Of a DNA stretch of 64,000 nucleotides, positions 12,701-24,953 are shown one piece after another. Source of the DNA: Octopus vulgaris (taxonomy: Eukaryota); contig OX597816.1 of the NCBI GenBank assembly GCA_951406725.2, positions 85,126,001 through 85,190,000 of the forward strand, written 5' to 3'. Below the pieces are notes generated by a model that did no database searches, was not told the DNA's origin, and saw nothing but the letters and a program-made list of their open reading frames with translations. The translations under genes and the position numbers were made by a program. Position 1 is the first letter of the stretch. Every line of letters starts with the position of its first letter.

Positions 12701-13666
12701 TGAGCGTACACCACAAAGAATATAAGAAATATATTGTCTAGACTAATAATACAGTAAGTTCAAATAGGTTGATATTATAAAGTGTAGGTTGTATGGACTT
12801 AGAAAATCGCTAAAAGTAATAAAACTCAGCAGGTGGTTTAAAATAAGACAAATAGCTAAAGAAATAAATTGTGACACAGGAAATAGTACTCTTCCTCGCT
12901 TTCAATTAAGCAATAATTTGAAGCAATTCTAATACGTTCTGTGTATGAAACTGTTTTCTTTTATCTTTTACTGCCGTCATGCTATTGTAGTTCTAGCAAC
13001 ATTCCCACTGGAAGCAAATATTAAAAATGTTGAACATATAATAAGTTGAAGTGAAATAATCCAGTTCAAGTATCGAAGCACAAGTCCGGTGCTGAATTAT
13101 AAAAAAAATCATGACTTCCAGATTTTCATTTGTTTAATGGAACTGTTGTTACATTCTTTCTTTCTTCAAAGAAAATCATTTCACAGTTAATATCCATATA
13201 TACTTTTACACATGCACACATACAATTAGACAGATTACAGTATTCTCTCACCTCATTCTCCTCTGATGATTACCCAATATTTCCTTTGAACTCAAATCTA
13301 TAGAATTACCTTTGCGCCTATTAATTTTTTTCCTACAGTTATAAACGAAAAGCTAAAACTGAACAGCATAGATCACACTTATTTACGAATGTATTCGAAA
13401 GTCGTGTGTACCTTGCTGCGTCTTTAGAATAAAGTAATATATATATATATATATATACATTTCTCTCCACGGGTGTATTCGTAGGATAGACTGATTTTCT
13501 CGTCGCTGAAACAATTATCATGAGTTGGATATTTGACTTCGCTATAGACAGAACAATAGCTTTTCCTTTGTATTAAGCTATTTCTCAGCTGCCTTTTGTA
13601 TAATATTTACCGTTACTTACTGGAAATTTTGACACAAACAAAACAACTAACATACCATAACAGCAA

Positions 13667-13702
<36 letters not shown>

Positions 13703-13704
<2 letters not shown>

Positions 13705-14552
13705 TATTTTTTAATTTTTTAATTCATTAATATCAACTCACTATCCATGAAATTTGAATAATTTACTCTTCTAAATCACCTTCCCTCATATTATAAAATA
13801 TCACATTCTACTAAATCTATGAATATCTTCTTTCTTTGATTTTTCCCTCTTCCATCTTTCTTAGTATATATTTTGACCCATAATAGGTTCACTTGATTAA
13901 TAAGGCTTTTTCTCCCAGTTAATAAGTACTATGCCTACTCATAATAAGTGATAGTCTTTTTCTCCAAATTGAATACATTTAGATTTATATTTTTCCTTTA
14001 TTCTAACGTGTCAAAGTACTTGGAACTTATTGACCAACTGTTGTGATGATGTGCATATGGTTTGTAAGGTATCTGCATTCTCTGTGAATGTTATTGTGAC
14101 CACTTGACATTGACCTAGTTCTCCTAACGCCGAATCTGTTCATCAAATAGTAGTAATTGGCATTTAGTAGTAACAATGCTGTCTTCTACATAAATTCCTT
14201 ATATGGAGCTCTGAAATCCCCTTAATCCCATTTCTATAATTAGAAAATCTTTATTGTCTCCTTCCACTTATTCTTCCCTCTCAGAACCTTACAGTAGTCT
14301 GGAACAACCGAATCTTAGTCATTCAGTTGATGGACTCCACTACCACAAATGTTCTTAAAATTTAAATCCACATCTTTGTCTATATATCTACCTTCTCTAT
14401 AATGTTGCCACTTGATATGAAAATGTTTGTATTAATGGAAAACCTCTATAATTGGCTGATGAGTGCTCAGCATATTACAACATTTAATAAAATGATGTAG
14501 TACGAAACGATCGTACCAAATTACCGGAGTCATTCTTGCTGCTTATGTTGAT
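13703..14552 (+). mobile_element. Probable Penelope-like 3' end / pLTR carrying a hammerhead ribozyme
   Basis: Pyrimidine-rich segment bounded on both sides by (TA)n, with a type I hammerhead ~35 bp before its 3' end; no ORF recognised. Confidence 0.5.
14452..14519 (+). ncRNA. Type I hammerhead ribozyme
   Basis: Stem I TTGG/CCAA, core CTGATGA (14456-14462), stem II GTGCT/AGTAC, GAAA (14504-14507), palindromic stem III CGATCG, GTA cleavage triplet ending at 14515. Confidence 0.8.
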
Positions 14553-14680
14553 TATATATATATATCTCAGGAGGCTCATATACCGGTGTCTGAAATTCAG
14601 TGTTTATTAATTTTATTATGCATATCGAAATCTGCGAATGAACACTGCCAACTTACCGGTCAAACAAGACATCTTAAATT

Positions 14681-15954
14681 AAAGGTTGAGTAAAAAGTAA
14701 GCAACGTTTTGAACGATGAAGAATTTGCAACGGATTTTGCAGAGTTTTGAATATCTTTAGAGCAATTTTTGCAATTATCTGATAGTACAGACATAGACTT
14801 ATCTAAATGCATCAATAAATTAACATTGATATTTTTTTACCGTTGTTTTCACCATCTGAAATGAAACTGTCGAAGCGCGATATTCGAGCAATTTTGCAAT
14901 TCAACTTTAAAAAAGGACGTAAATCATCTGAAACAGCACGCGATATCCAAGAAACGTTTAGTGAAGAAATGACCAGTAAGTGGTCAGCTCGCAAATGGTT
15001 TAAACGTTTACGGTGTGGAGACTTGAGCCTTGAAGATCGTAAGCGTAGTGGACGTCCATCTGTCATCGATGATGGTTAATTAAAGACCTTCATTGAGAAA
15101 GATCCAAGTAAAACCACTCGTGAACTGGCAAAATAACTTGAAGTTAGCCAGAAAAATGACTGCAACCATTTGCATGCGATTAGAAAATCAAAAAAGCTCG
15201 ACAAATGGGTAGCACACGACTTGAATGAAAATCAGAAAATGCGCAGATATGGAATTTGCTTGTCGCTTCTTGTCCAGAACCAGATCGATCAATTTCCCGA
15301 CTGTATTGTAAATTGCTATGTAAAGTGGATTCTGTACAAAGAAAGCGTTCTTCGCAGTAGTTGGACCAAAATGAAGCAGCGAAAACTTTCCCTAAATCCG
15401 AGCTCTTCAAAAAACAAAGTTATGGTGGTTTGTTGGTGGTGTACCGCTAGACTCATCCACTATAATTTCTTAAAATTCGGAAAAAACATTACTGCAGAAC
15501 TATTGCCATGAAATTGTCAAAATGAACGAAAAATTGCTACTCCTCCCTCCCAGACTGGTCAACAGAAGAAAGGCAATAATCCTTCATGAGAATGCTCGAC
15601 CACAAGTTTCACAAATTACACTCTAGAAGTTGAAGGCACTTGGTTACGAAGTCCTTCCTCACCCAGCCTATTCCCCAGACCTTTCTCTAACCGACTATCA
15701 CTGTTTCAAGCACTTTGACGGTTTCCTGTGAGGAAAGGAGTTCAAAAATCAAACCGACGCAGAAAGTTCGTTCAAAGAGTACATCAGCTCCAGAACACCA
15801 GATTTATATATTACCAGAATAAACAAACTTGTAACTCGTTGGCAAAAATGTATTGCTTGCGATGGTACTTACTTCGATGAATAAAATTTCCGCATTGTTG
15901 AAATATAGATGAATTTCAAGTTTTAAAACGTTGCTTACTTTTTATTCAGCCTGA
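14681..15954 (+). mobile_element. Mariner transposon, near full length (~1.27 kb), inactive
   Basis: TIRs aggttgagtaaaaagtaagcaacgtttt / aaaacgttgcttactttttattcagcct, with TA at the right end; internal transposase pseudogene. Confidence 0.95.
14861..15884 (+). pseudogene. Mariner (DD34D) transposase pseudogene
   Basis: MKLSKRDIRAILQFNF...WFKRLRCGDLSLEDRKRSGRP, WVAHDL (WVPHEL motif), HENARPQ, EVLPHPAYSPDLSLTDYH, GTYFDE*. Several stops and frameshifts; first catalytic D lost (NCYVKW). Confidence 0.93.
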
Positions 15955-16720
15955 TATTATCACCGTTTTCGTTAACATCCAGAACATCTTCTTCCCCATT
16001 GACATCATCATCATCACTATAAGCATTAATTCTGACAATCAAAGTGTCATGAACGTGAGGAGTGCCTGATTCAATTAGCGAATAAAAGAAACCTTGAGTA
16101 GACACTCAGTATATTCCAGTTCATTATCTCCTCCATAAATACAATTTCGTTGAAACCTGAAATAAAGAATCGAAGGAATCACTAAATAAATTGAATGAAA
16201 TAATTTATAACCCAACCCCACCCCCACCATTTCTCCAAATCTGCAATTTAGAGGCTGATATAAATTATGCATGACACAAATATGGCAGGATTCAGCAAGG
16301 AACAACACCGACCTCGCTTTATTATGATGGTTCCTAACGCCCCCTTACCATATATATGTATATCCTCATCACGTTCATCATCATCACCATCATCATACCC
16401 TCTCTCTGTCTCCTCAATACCATCATCACAATAATCATTATCTCAGTCATCATTAGCTTCTTCCAATGAAATTATTGTCATGGAAATTACCATCTTCCTC
16501 TGTTCAGTAACCTTCTGCTACATCTCACCACCATTACTATCATCACATCTGTGTTGTTCTGAATACGGATTCATTTTAAAAACAATTACCTGGAGTTTTT
16601 TCGCATGATTAAATCAATCATGAAAAATTAATTAAAATATTCAAAATAACAAATTCAAATTTGTTGCTTCTTCTTCTAAAAGGAAGCGTAAAAAATAATG
16701 ATATCTTCAGGTTTCTCAGA

Positions 16721-16883
16721 TATATGGTGACTGTTTTGTGGTGTACTGCTGGACTCATCCACTATAACTTCTTAAAATCCGGAAAACATTACTGCAGCAA
16801 CATTGCCATGAAATTGTCGAAATGAACGAGAAATTGCTACTCCTCCGTCCCGGACTGGTCAACAGGAGAGAGCCAATAATTCT
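16721..16883 (+). mobile_element. Internal fragment of the same mariner family as 14681-15954
   Basis: Aligns to ~15420-15583 at roughly 85% by eye. Confidence 0.85.
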
Positions 16884-17914
16884 CAGACAGCCAATAATTT
16901 TCAGCATTTTATTTCACAATTCCTTTGTCTTTTGATTTTTATGTTGTCGAAATTTCTATATAAAAAGCCTTTTTTGCTACCTGGAATCATCGATACGTTT
17001 TAATTTTTGTAATGCATTTATCATATGTTTAATGAATTCTAATATTACTTTGAACATACATTTAAGCTTTCTTTATAGAATAAGTGAACCTTCGTTGATT
17101 GATCTTTCGCTTGATATTTTGGAGATACTCCGATCTGCATTTCTGATCAGTTTATCTGTTACTGAGAGTCGTTGTTTCTAATGATTCTTTACATGTAGCT
17201 TTAGCTTCTGGTATGCAAATGATAAATTTTCGGGTGCCGGTTCAGGGGGATAGTAAGGAAATACACAACGGGTAGTTATGTTTACATGTATGTTTTGAGT
17301 GGAGGTGTTTGAAGACAAACACACACGCATATACGCACACACACATGTTATCTTCTATGTTGGTTTAAATTATGTCATCCCATTATTTAGCTTGGAATTA
17401 GGATTAAAGTTGCAAAATTTAAGACGAAATCCAGTTAGGAACGAGCTAAGCGGTTAAACAACCTTTCATGCAACTACATGCCTTTCATTGTCAGTTTCAA
17501 TGACATCACGAATGCATAAGTCTCTTTATTGAAGCAAATGGTCACAGCGAAAAGTCAACGTAACTAAAGAAAGAATATGAACAACTTTTCAGCCTGAGCC
17601 TTGAATGGAAAAACTATGTAGAAACATGCGAATTAGTAAAAATATAGAAAAAAGAAAGCAAGAGAAAGACAACATATCCAACCAAACTAGAATAAGATTA
17701 TACTCAGACGGTGATGTAAGCACATCGCTATAACTGTGCGAACGCGCACGAACGAATAATATACCTATATTATAAGTCCAGCCCATAGGTATATACACAT
17801 ATCAAGAAAAAATATTGTACTCATATTTTGATATTAAATTCATCACCACGGGATTTAACACAAGTTATAATTAACCTCTATAATTACACAATTACAGACG
17901 GTGCTAAACGTGAC

Positions 17915-18856
17915 CACCATCAAATATCAGAAGATCGGAGATTTTAATTGCAACATTTCCTCGTGTCCATTAGGCTTATAAATTCTATTTCAGGTAAAAC
18001 CCCACGTTTCCTCTGTAGTAATGCAGTGCGACGTCATACTGAAAGAAATGCTTATCATTTCTATAAAGTGTATGTATGGACGGTAAAATGAACATGCGTA
18101 CTATGTATAAGCAGACTTGAATATTAGCATCACATTTCAACACAAATGATTCTATTAAACTTCTTGGTGATATTCCACGTCAGGCATTGACCAACGGTAA
18201 ACTAACTGCTTTGTCCACATGCAAGCAAGAATTTTCTGGTTCCAAATAAACACAACTATGTTGGTTTACTGTTCCACTGAGTTTAAATTGTGCTTCATCA
18301 AACCATACAATCGACCTCACAAACTTCTTCGTCTACATATTATAATTGCATGTAATAATTGCATGTAATAATTTCGGGATCAAAGATGAAAACGAGCTCT
18401 TTTAAGAATGCACCATATGCTTGTAGTACTTATGTTTTTTTTTTCTCGGGCACACTTCTGTACTGAATTTGCGAAATGTTTCTAGTCCATAGTCGAGGAG
18501 CAGCACTCGTTACTGCACGAGGTCTGCTGGGTTCCTGTGTTTCGAACTTATCACGAATTCATGAAATGGTCAGGTGTATTGAATTTTCTATCCCAGTTTC
18601 GCTCACCCATTATCCAATTTAGAATGGCCACATGTTCAGTAAATTAAAGCCGTACCCCTACCATTGTATAACGGTAGCTCTAAATAGCATCACGAAGTCA
18701 TAAGAAGGTTTCCAGTTTTTCCAATCTCAAAATAACGCTCATTAAATATTTCACACGTCAGCAATTGGTTAAGTGCAACCTAACATTTTCAATATTACAC
18801 ATTTCAGCAGTAAAAATTGCGATATTTTTAAAACGAAGAATATTTTGAATATCTGT
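17915..18856 (-). mobile_element. Decayed Tc1/mariner-superfamily transposon, DD41D (rosa-like) type
   Basis: Minus-strand translation across stops and frameshifts: MVGVRL*F..AILNW (ATG at 18664), LTIS*IRDKFET, RPRAVTS, IVWFDEAQFKLSGTVNQHSCVYLEPEN, FFQYDVALHYY (FQQDGAPPHY motif), SPDLLIFD. Absent from the ORF track. Confidence 0.8.
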
Positions 18857-19551
18857 CATTAGAATTAATTAAAAATTTAAGCCAACCACTTTGCAAAATA
18901 TCAAAAAAAATAGGCAAATACGGTTAAAGGTAACCAATGATGTCAAATCAATTTAGTATCAAGAATTTGCTACACTTTTATGTTTCCTTGAAGTGTGTCT
19001 ACACTCTTTATGGCGAACATAGTATGTATAAATGACCATGTTTGTGTGTATGTGCATATGTATATTGATTAAAAGATTATGACAACTTCGACTTGAATTT
19101 GAGACCTTCTACAAATTTGGACTACGGGATTAATAAATGCAAACACATTTCACAATTCACGACTGAAGATATCAAGAAAAAGTTGAGAATATTATTTATT
19201 GAAAATATGTCAGGATGCAGCAAAAATTAAACAGCATAAAATTAAAACTACCAACACAATTTGAAAGTTCCAAAATATTAGACGTATTCAAAGTAAATTA
19301 CGTAATGGAGAGCAACCGTCAAACTCCCCACCTAAAATGCTAAGGCAACATCCTCCCCATCATTAAAATAAATAAATAAAACGCTAAGAAATATCCCACA
19401 AAGAAAGAATTCATTCTCGAAAAGCATGCAGAGATACTGATTTACACACTCGAAAATATTTATAATCCAAGAATTACAGTGAGATTGCTCCGCCTAAGCA
19501 ATCTTTGATGCTTCTAATTGGAGTTATATGTACGTATATATATATATATAA

Positions 19552-19607
<56 letters not shown>

Positions 19608-19609
<2 letters not shown>

Positions 19610-19753
19610 CGATAAATAAATACAATTAGATAAACCGAGGTAGAATTAAGAGGAATTAAATTCATTATTTTGAATCTCTTTAACAATTCAAAATAATGAA
19701 TTAAATTCCTCTTAATTCTACCTCAGTTCATCTAATTGTATTTATTTATCGCT
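19608..19753. repeat. Near-perfect inverted repeat (hairpin, ~68-bp arms)
   Basis: agcgataaataaatacaattagat...ttttgaat, ~9-nt loop, attcaaaataatgaat...atctaattgtatttatttatcgct; about 3 mismatches. Confidence 0.95.
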
Positions 19754-20554
19754 AGTTTTCATAAAAATAAGTATTTATTTTTTTGATATTCAGTGTGCAT
19801 TTTCGTATTTTTTTCTTTCTTTCCCCATATCATGTCTATGTGTAGTTTATATTTTCTTTTTGAAACATATTTCTATTACATATATATATATATACACACA
19901 TATACATTTATATATATATATACTTATGAACAAGTACCGGACGCCCTCTCACACGCACACACACATGCGCACGCACATATGTACGGGATATTTATATCTG
20001 CATGCTCAATCCTGTTATTTATGAATGTGCTCATGAATCAAAGAATTCAGGCACACATTTCTATACTCGAATATGAATAATTTAAAATCTCAATCAAGTA
20101 ATTTCCACTTACAATATATTGTTCCACACGTTTCAGCATAATTCACCGGCATGATGCTTCGTATATTTGAATACAAAACCATATTGTTCCAAAAGGAGCT
20201 CAGATACCACATAATTTTGTCAATGCATCTATCGCTGTGTAACAAATATGAAAGGAAATTGTTCACGTGTTAAGAAAAAAAATAGATTGCAGTTTTGTAT
20301 ATTGGATCTCTAATCCCTCTATTTGAGAAGCTGTTACCATATTTGGAGTAAATTTATTAGTTTGACCAGAAAATAAGAGAAGAAATCTATTTACAATGTT
20401 GGCAGATTTTTCAGACCTTTTAAAGCAACAATTATATAAGTAATATTAGTCTTCAGGTCCGCGGCATGCATATACAGACGCATATACAGACACACATATA
20501 TAACATACATAAGAACGTATACATGCTTACCTGTACGTATATATATATATATAT

Positions 20555-20870
<316 letters not shown>

Positions 20871-21914
20871 ATATATAAATATAGATATATGGATATATAG
20901 ATATAGATATACACGCACATACACGCATACACACATATATATGTGTATACGTTCACGGACTCTTACTTCTATAATTTCTCAATTTCCATTTGAAATATGG
21001 TGAAAATACCTTGAATATATCAGAGACCGATTAGCCGAATTTATAACGGCCGATTTACGTCATAACCAAATGCATAATCAGCGAGAATTGGTTTGCCACT
21101 ATAGAAGCCGGAAATGTGTACTGTGATTATTAGACCGTGATCCTATAACAATATTAATGGAATTGCCATTTCCTTAATGCTTGTTCCATGTAACGTCTGC
21201 TTATTGGGAACAAATCATCATATTACAGGCTTCTGGTCTCTATTTCAATAATGAAACAAGTGCAAATGGCATTAGATTCAGGTTATTGAATTTCTCACTG
21301 GTGCTTAAAATGGATGCACGAATAAATGTATATGCAAATATAATTTTATCTATATCTGAATGTAATTTTGGAGATTTTCGTATATTTTTATGTATATATA
21401 CGAAAATATGCATAAATACACACAGAATCATTCACACAAAGCCACGCAGTTTCCGTATCCAAAATCCCACTGTAGATTTAACACTAGCAAGTGTATAGTA
21501 GGTGCCTTTACTATAGTCCAGTCTATTTCAAACATCTTGGTCATTTCTCTGATTCGAAGGTTCCTTTCTCGCACCTTTCTCCAATATGTCATAAAGGTTA
21601 ATTGGAACTTCACTTTCACCTGACGAATCATTATATATATGCACGGATATGGAGACAGTCATGCGTGCACGCATATGTATATATATATATATATGTATAC
21701 ACACACACACACACACATATATTTATACATATATAATATATACATATATATATATATATATATACATATATATATACAATATATATATGTACATATGTAT
21801 ATATATATATGTATCTTTATATAGGTACACACTTATATATATATATTTATATATACACACACATACATGTGTGTGTGTGTGTGTGCGTGTGTGTGTGTCC
21901 TGCTTATGGCAATA

Positions 21915-22062
21915 AACTGCATTCAGTGGCAAGGCTCCAGTTCGAGGGTTCAGGCATTGCGGGGATAGTGGTGTTACCCTAGTTATCATTACTCCCGTTC
22001 TGTTCTGGTCCGGAGTATTAGTACCTCTTAGCGCCCCATCAACCGGTGAGATTTTAAACAGT
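21915..22062 (+). repeat. Interspersed repeat fragment, family unassigned
   Basis: GC-richer block (ggctccagtt...cattactccc...ccggagt...gtacct...cccatc) resembling a repeat I recall from octopus DNA; single copy here. Confidence 0.35.
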
Positions 22063-22384
22063 AGACCTGATTGCATTTGCATATAAACGTGCGGATTGAT
22101 CGACATGTTGCCATAACTTATGCAACCTTTCCCATATGCATTTAAAAATCAGCTTTCCTATTCTCATTGCATCTCCGATAAATATGTTACCAAGATACAA
22201 TATATAAATGGGTTGCAGCAGATTAAATGCAATTTGATGGACGAAAATTCAAGTCCTCCGTTATCAGCTAGATTGTACTAAATTGCTGCAACGAAGACAC
22301 TTTGGACCAAAATGAAGGGCAAGTAGTGTGACCTGAATATTGTATTGAGCAATAATCCCTCGTATCACGTGCATATTATCAAGA

Positions 22385-23021
22385 TATTGGCAATATGCGA
22401 ATGACCAGATGGATTAAGAGCAAAGAACCAGGAAATTATGGAGCTTCTATGAAAAAAATCTGTCCGCAACCGTCTGAACTACTGCTCTCAGCTGTGGTGG
22501 CGAAATTAAATAATTAATATTGAATTAATAATGAACATTGGGGCAGTACAGCGGTGCTACAGCAGGAAGATTGCATCAATGGGACTGCTGAACTACAGGG
22601 AGAAACTGAAAGTCCTAAGACTCTACTCCTTGGACCGAAGACGGGAAGACTGTGATACACGTATGGAAGGATCTATACCAGCCCCTAAACTGGACGTCAC
22701 TGCAGCGTTCCAAAGGTCTTAGCAATCACGTCTAGCGTGAGGACCCTGTACTGCAATAGCCTGGGATTCGCGGGCCGTCGGGATATTTAATACCGTGCCA
22801 AAATATCTGTGAGACCTATATAAAGTAGTGGTGGATAATTTCAAGAAAAGATTTGGACTTCTTCTGTCCAAGGACCCATAGGAATCTTAATCACGGCAAG
22901 AAACTTAAAAGAGGACAGGAATATCGAACTTTCTCCTTCACCAAAAGCCACTATTGAAAAAGTGATGGCATTGGCGGTGCCCCAGCATCGCAGCAGCCAT
23001 TGGACTGAAAAATAAAAGAAT
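22385..23021 (+). mobile_element. CR1-like LINE 3' end (post-RT C-terminus plus 3' UTR), decayed
   Basis: RLNYCSQLW...AVQRCYSRKIASMGLLNYREKLKVLRLYSLDRRRE and IFNTVPKYL*DL...VDNFKK match the CR1-group ORF2 C-terminus. Ends ggcggtgccccagcat...gactgaaaaataaaagaata. Confidence 0.82.
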
Positions 23022-24321
23022 ATTATTATTCTTAGTCTAATATTTCTGGTACTTTTGAACGTATTCTTTTAAAGTGCAAACATCCTGTTAAATTTATTGT
23101 CCAGGTGTTTTTATCACTACCCAACATCTTGACATCTGTATGAAATATAATGCATACGTAAAATTTAATTACTTTCCTTTTCGTACAATCGAATAATAAT
23201 GTTCACTTCTCAGAACATATTTTTGTGGCAAAGACTCCGAATATGCAAAGCATATATACTAAGCAGACATCCTAATATATCTTTCCCATAATAAAATTTA
23301 GTAAAATTCTGCCCAACAAGGAAATCACTACAAGGTTGAACAAACTGCTAAAGGCAGCAGCCAAATCTCTCATATTGGACCCTAATATTTTAAAGAACTG
23401 AAGGACAAATGATGAGTTAGTCTTGCATATATTTTGTTTGATAAAACAAAACAGCTTGATGGCCACGGAAAGAGTGCATTTCGTTCCAAGTCTTCGTGAT
23501 CAGTCCTAAGCAAGAACAAAAAAAAAAGAGATATAAAAAGTGCTCATAATAATTCCTTGCAATATTGTAAGTTGATTCATTGTTTTCTCCTTTAATTTAT
23601 ATATTGAAATTCACTTAGTTTTAAACAATTTTTAATCAAACATTTTAGATTAATTGAAAATGAAAATAATTAATTTATGCAATAAACAACGTACTAAAAA
23701 TACATTATATAAAAAAGTATCGATTTATATTTTCAAAAACTTTGCCCTTTATAATAGTGTCAGCCAATTGCTAAATTTTAATCTGTATTGTTATTAACAG
23801 ACATTATATATAAATAACATGCAATGCAGTAACATCACGAAGGACTAAATATTCATTGAAGCTTAATTCATTGTTGTTTTATCTTCATATTTAAAAAAAA
23901 ACAAAAAATAAAAAAAAGGAAGAGCTATCAAAAGATTTGTATCGTACAAATTTGAAAGAAAAATTAATTCACGACTGACAAGACTACTGAGTGGCAGAAC
24001 ATGCGTGCAATAATTAATAACCTAGAATAACAAGTGGTAGTACATATACTATCATAATATTCAATAAAACACATAAATTACAATACCGATTTTATTAATT
24101 TTAAAATTAAGAGCGGAAAATCCTCAGATGATTTGAACGACACATTATAACACGCCTGGTATTTATTTCATTAAATCCAAACAGATGCAGAATAAAATTA
24201 AAACTGGCCGATCTTCGATCCACATTTAAATGGATGAAACAAAGGCACTGGTGTTTTGTGAAATACATTGCCCTTTCTGTAAATGCACTGCTTTATTTAA
24301 GATGCGAATAAATATTTTTTT

Positions 24322-24724
24322 CAAATTTTGTCACTCGGTCAGAACTTCCGGATAAAGGGCTAAGTCGATTACATCCACCTAACTGCAAAACTGGTATTAT
24401 TTTATCGACCTTGAAAGGGATGAAAAGCAAAATCGACCTCGGCGGAATTTGATTCCAGAACATAAAAACCGATGGAATGCTGCTGTGCTAACGATTTTGC
24501 CCGCTCATTGCCTTAATATCGGTTTCAAATTTTGGCATACGCCAGAAATTTTCAGGAAAAGGATAGGTCGATGACATCGACTCCATTGCTTCGCTGGGAA
24601 TTATTTTATCGACCCCGATAGGACGAAAGTCGGAGTCGACCACTGCAGAATTTGAACGAAATGGACGAAATGCCGCAAAGCATTTCGCACAGTGTGCTAA
24701 CGATTCTACCAGTTCACTCCTTAA
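24322..24724 (-). mobile_element. Two tandem SINE family B copies
   Basis: Units at ~24322-24515 and 24516-24724, each with the tttatcgacc...gatgaaa...cgacc...gaatttga pattern and a ccttaa head end. Confidence 0.85.
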
Positions 24725-24741
24725 TATAACAATGTATTGTA

Positions 24742-24912
24742 CAAGGTGGAGAATTGGTAGAAACGTCTTCAGGTTCTGAGTTCAAATTCCGCTGAGTCCA
24801 ACTTTGTTTTCATCCTTTTGGGGTCGATAAACTAAGTACCAGTTCTGGAGGCGATGCAATTGACTATTGCCTCAAATTGCTGGCCTTGTGCCAAAAATTG
24901 AAATCAATATTA
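24742..24912 (+). mobile_element. SINE family B copy in opposite orientation
   Basis: aaggtggagaattggtagaaacgt...gttctgagttcaaattccgc...tttcatccttttggggtcgataaactaagtaccag...ggccttgtgcc. Confidence 0.88.
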
Positions 24913-24953
24913 CAGTTAATAATAATTGGGAGAATGCGTTGAACAGGCAGATT

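Noticed and set aside
12781-12800. let-7-like word agtgtaggttgtatgg
   Set aside because: Seed TGAGGTAG absent and no precursor hairpin seen
13490-13520. CTGATTT...GAAA motif between TA tracts
   Set aside because: Core broken and no stems
16890-17260. Partly open minus-strand frame (YPPEPAPENLSFAYQKLKL...)
   Set aside because: Several stops and no recognisable motif
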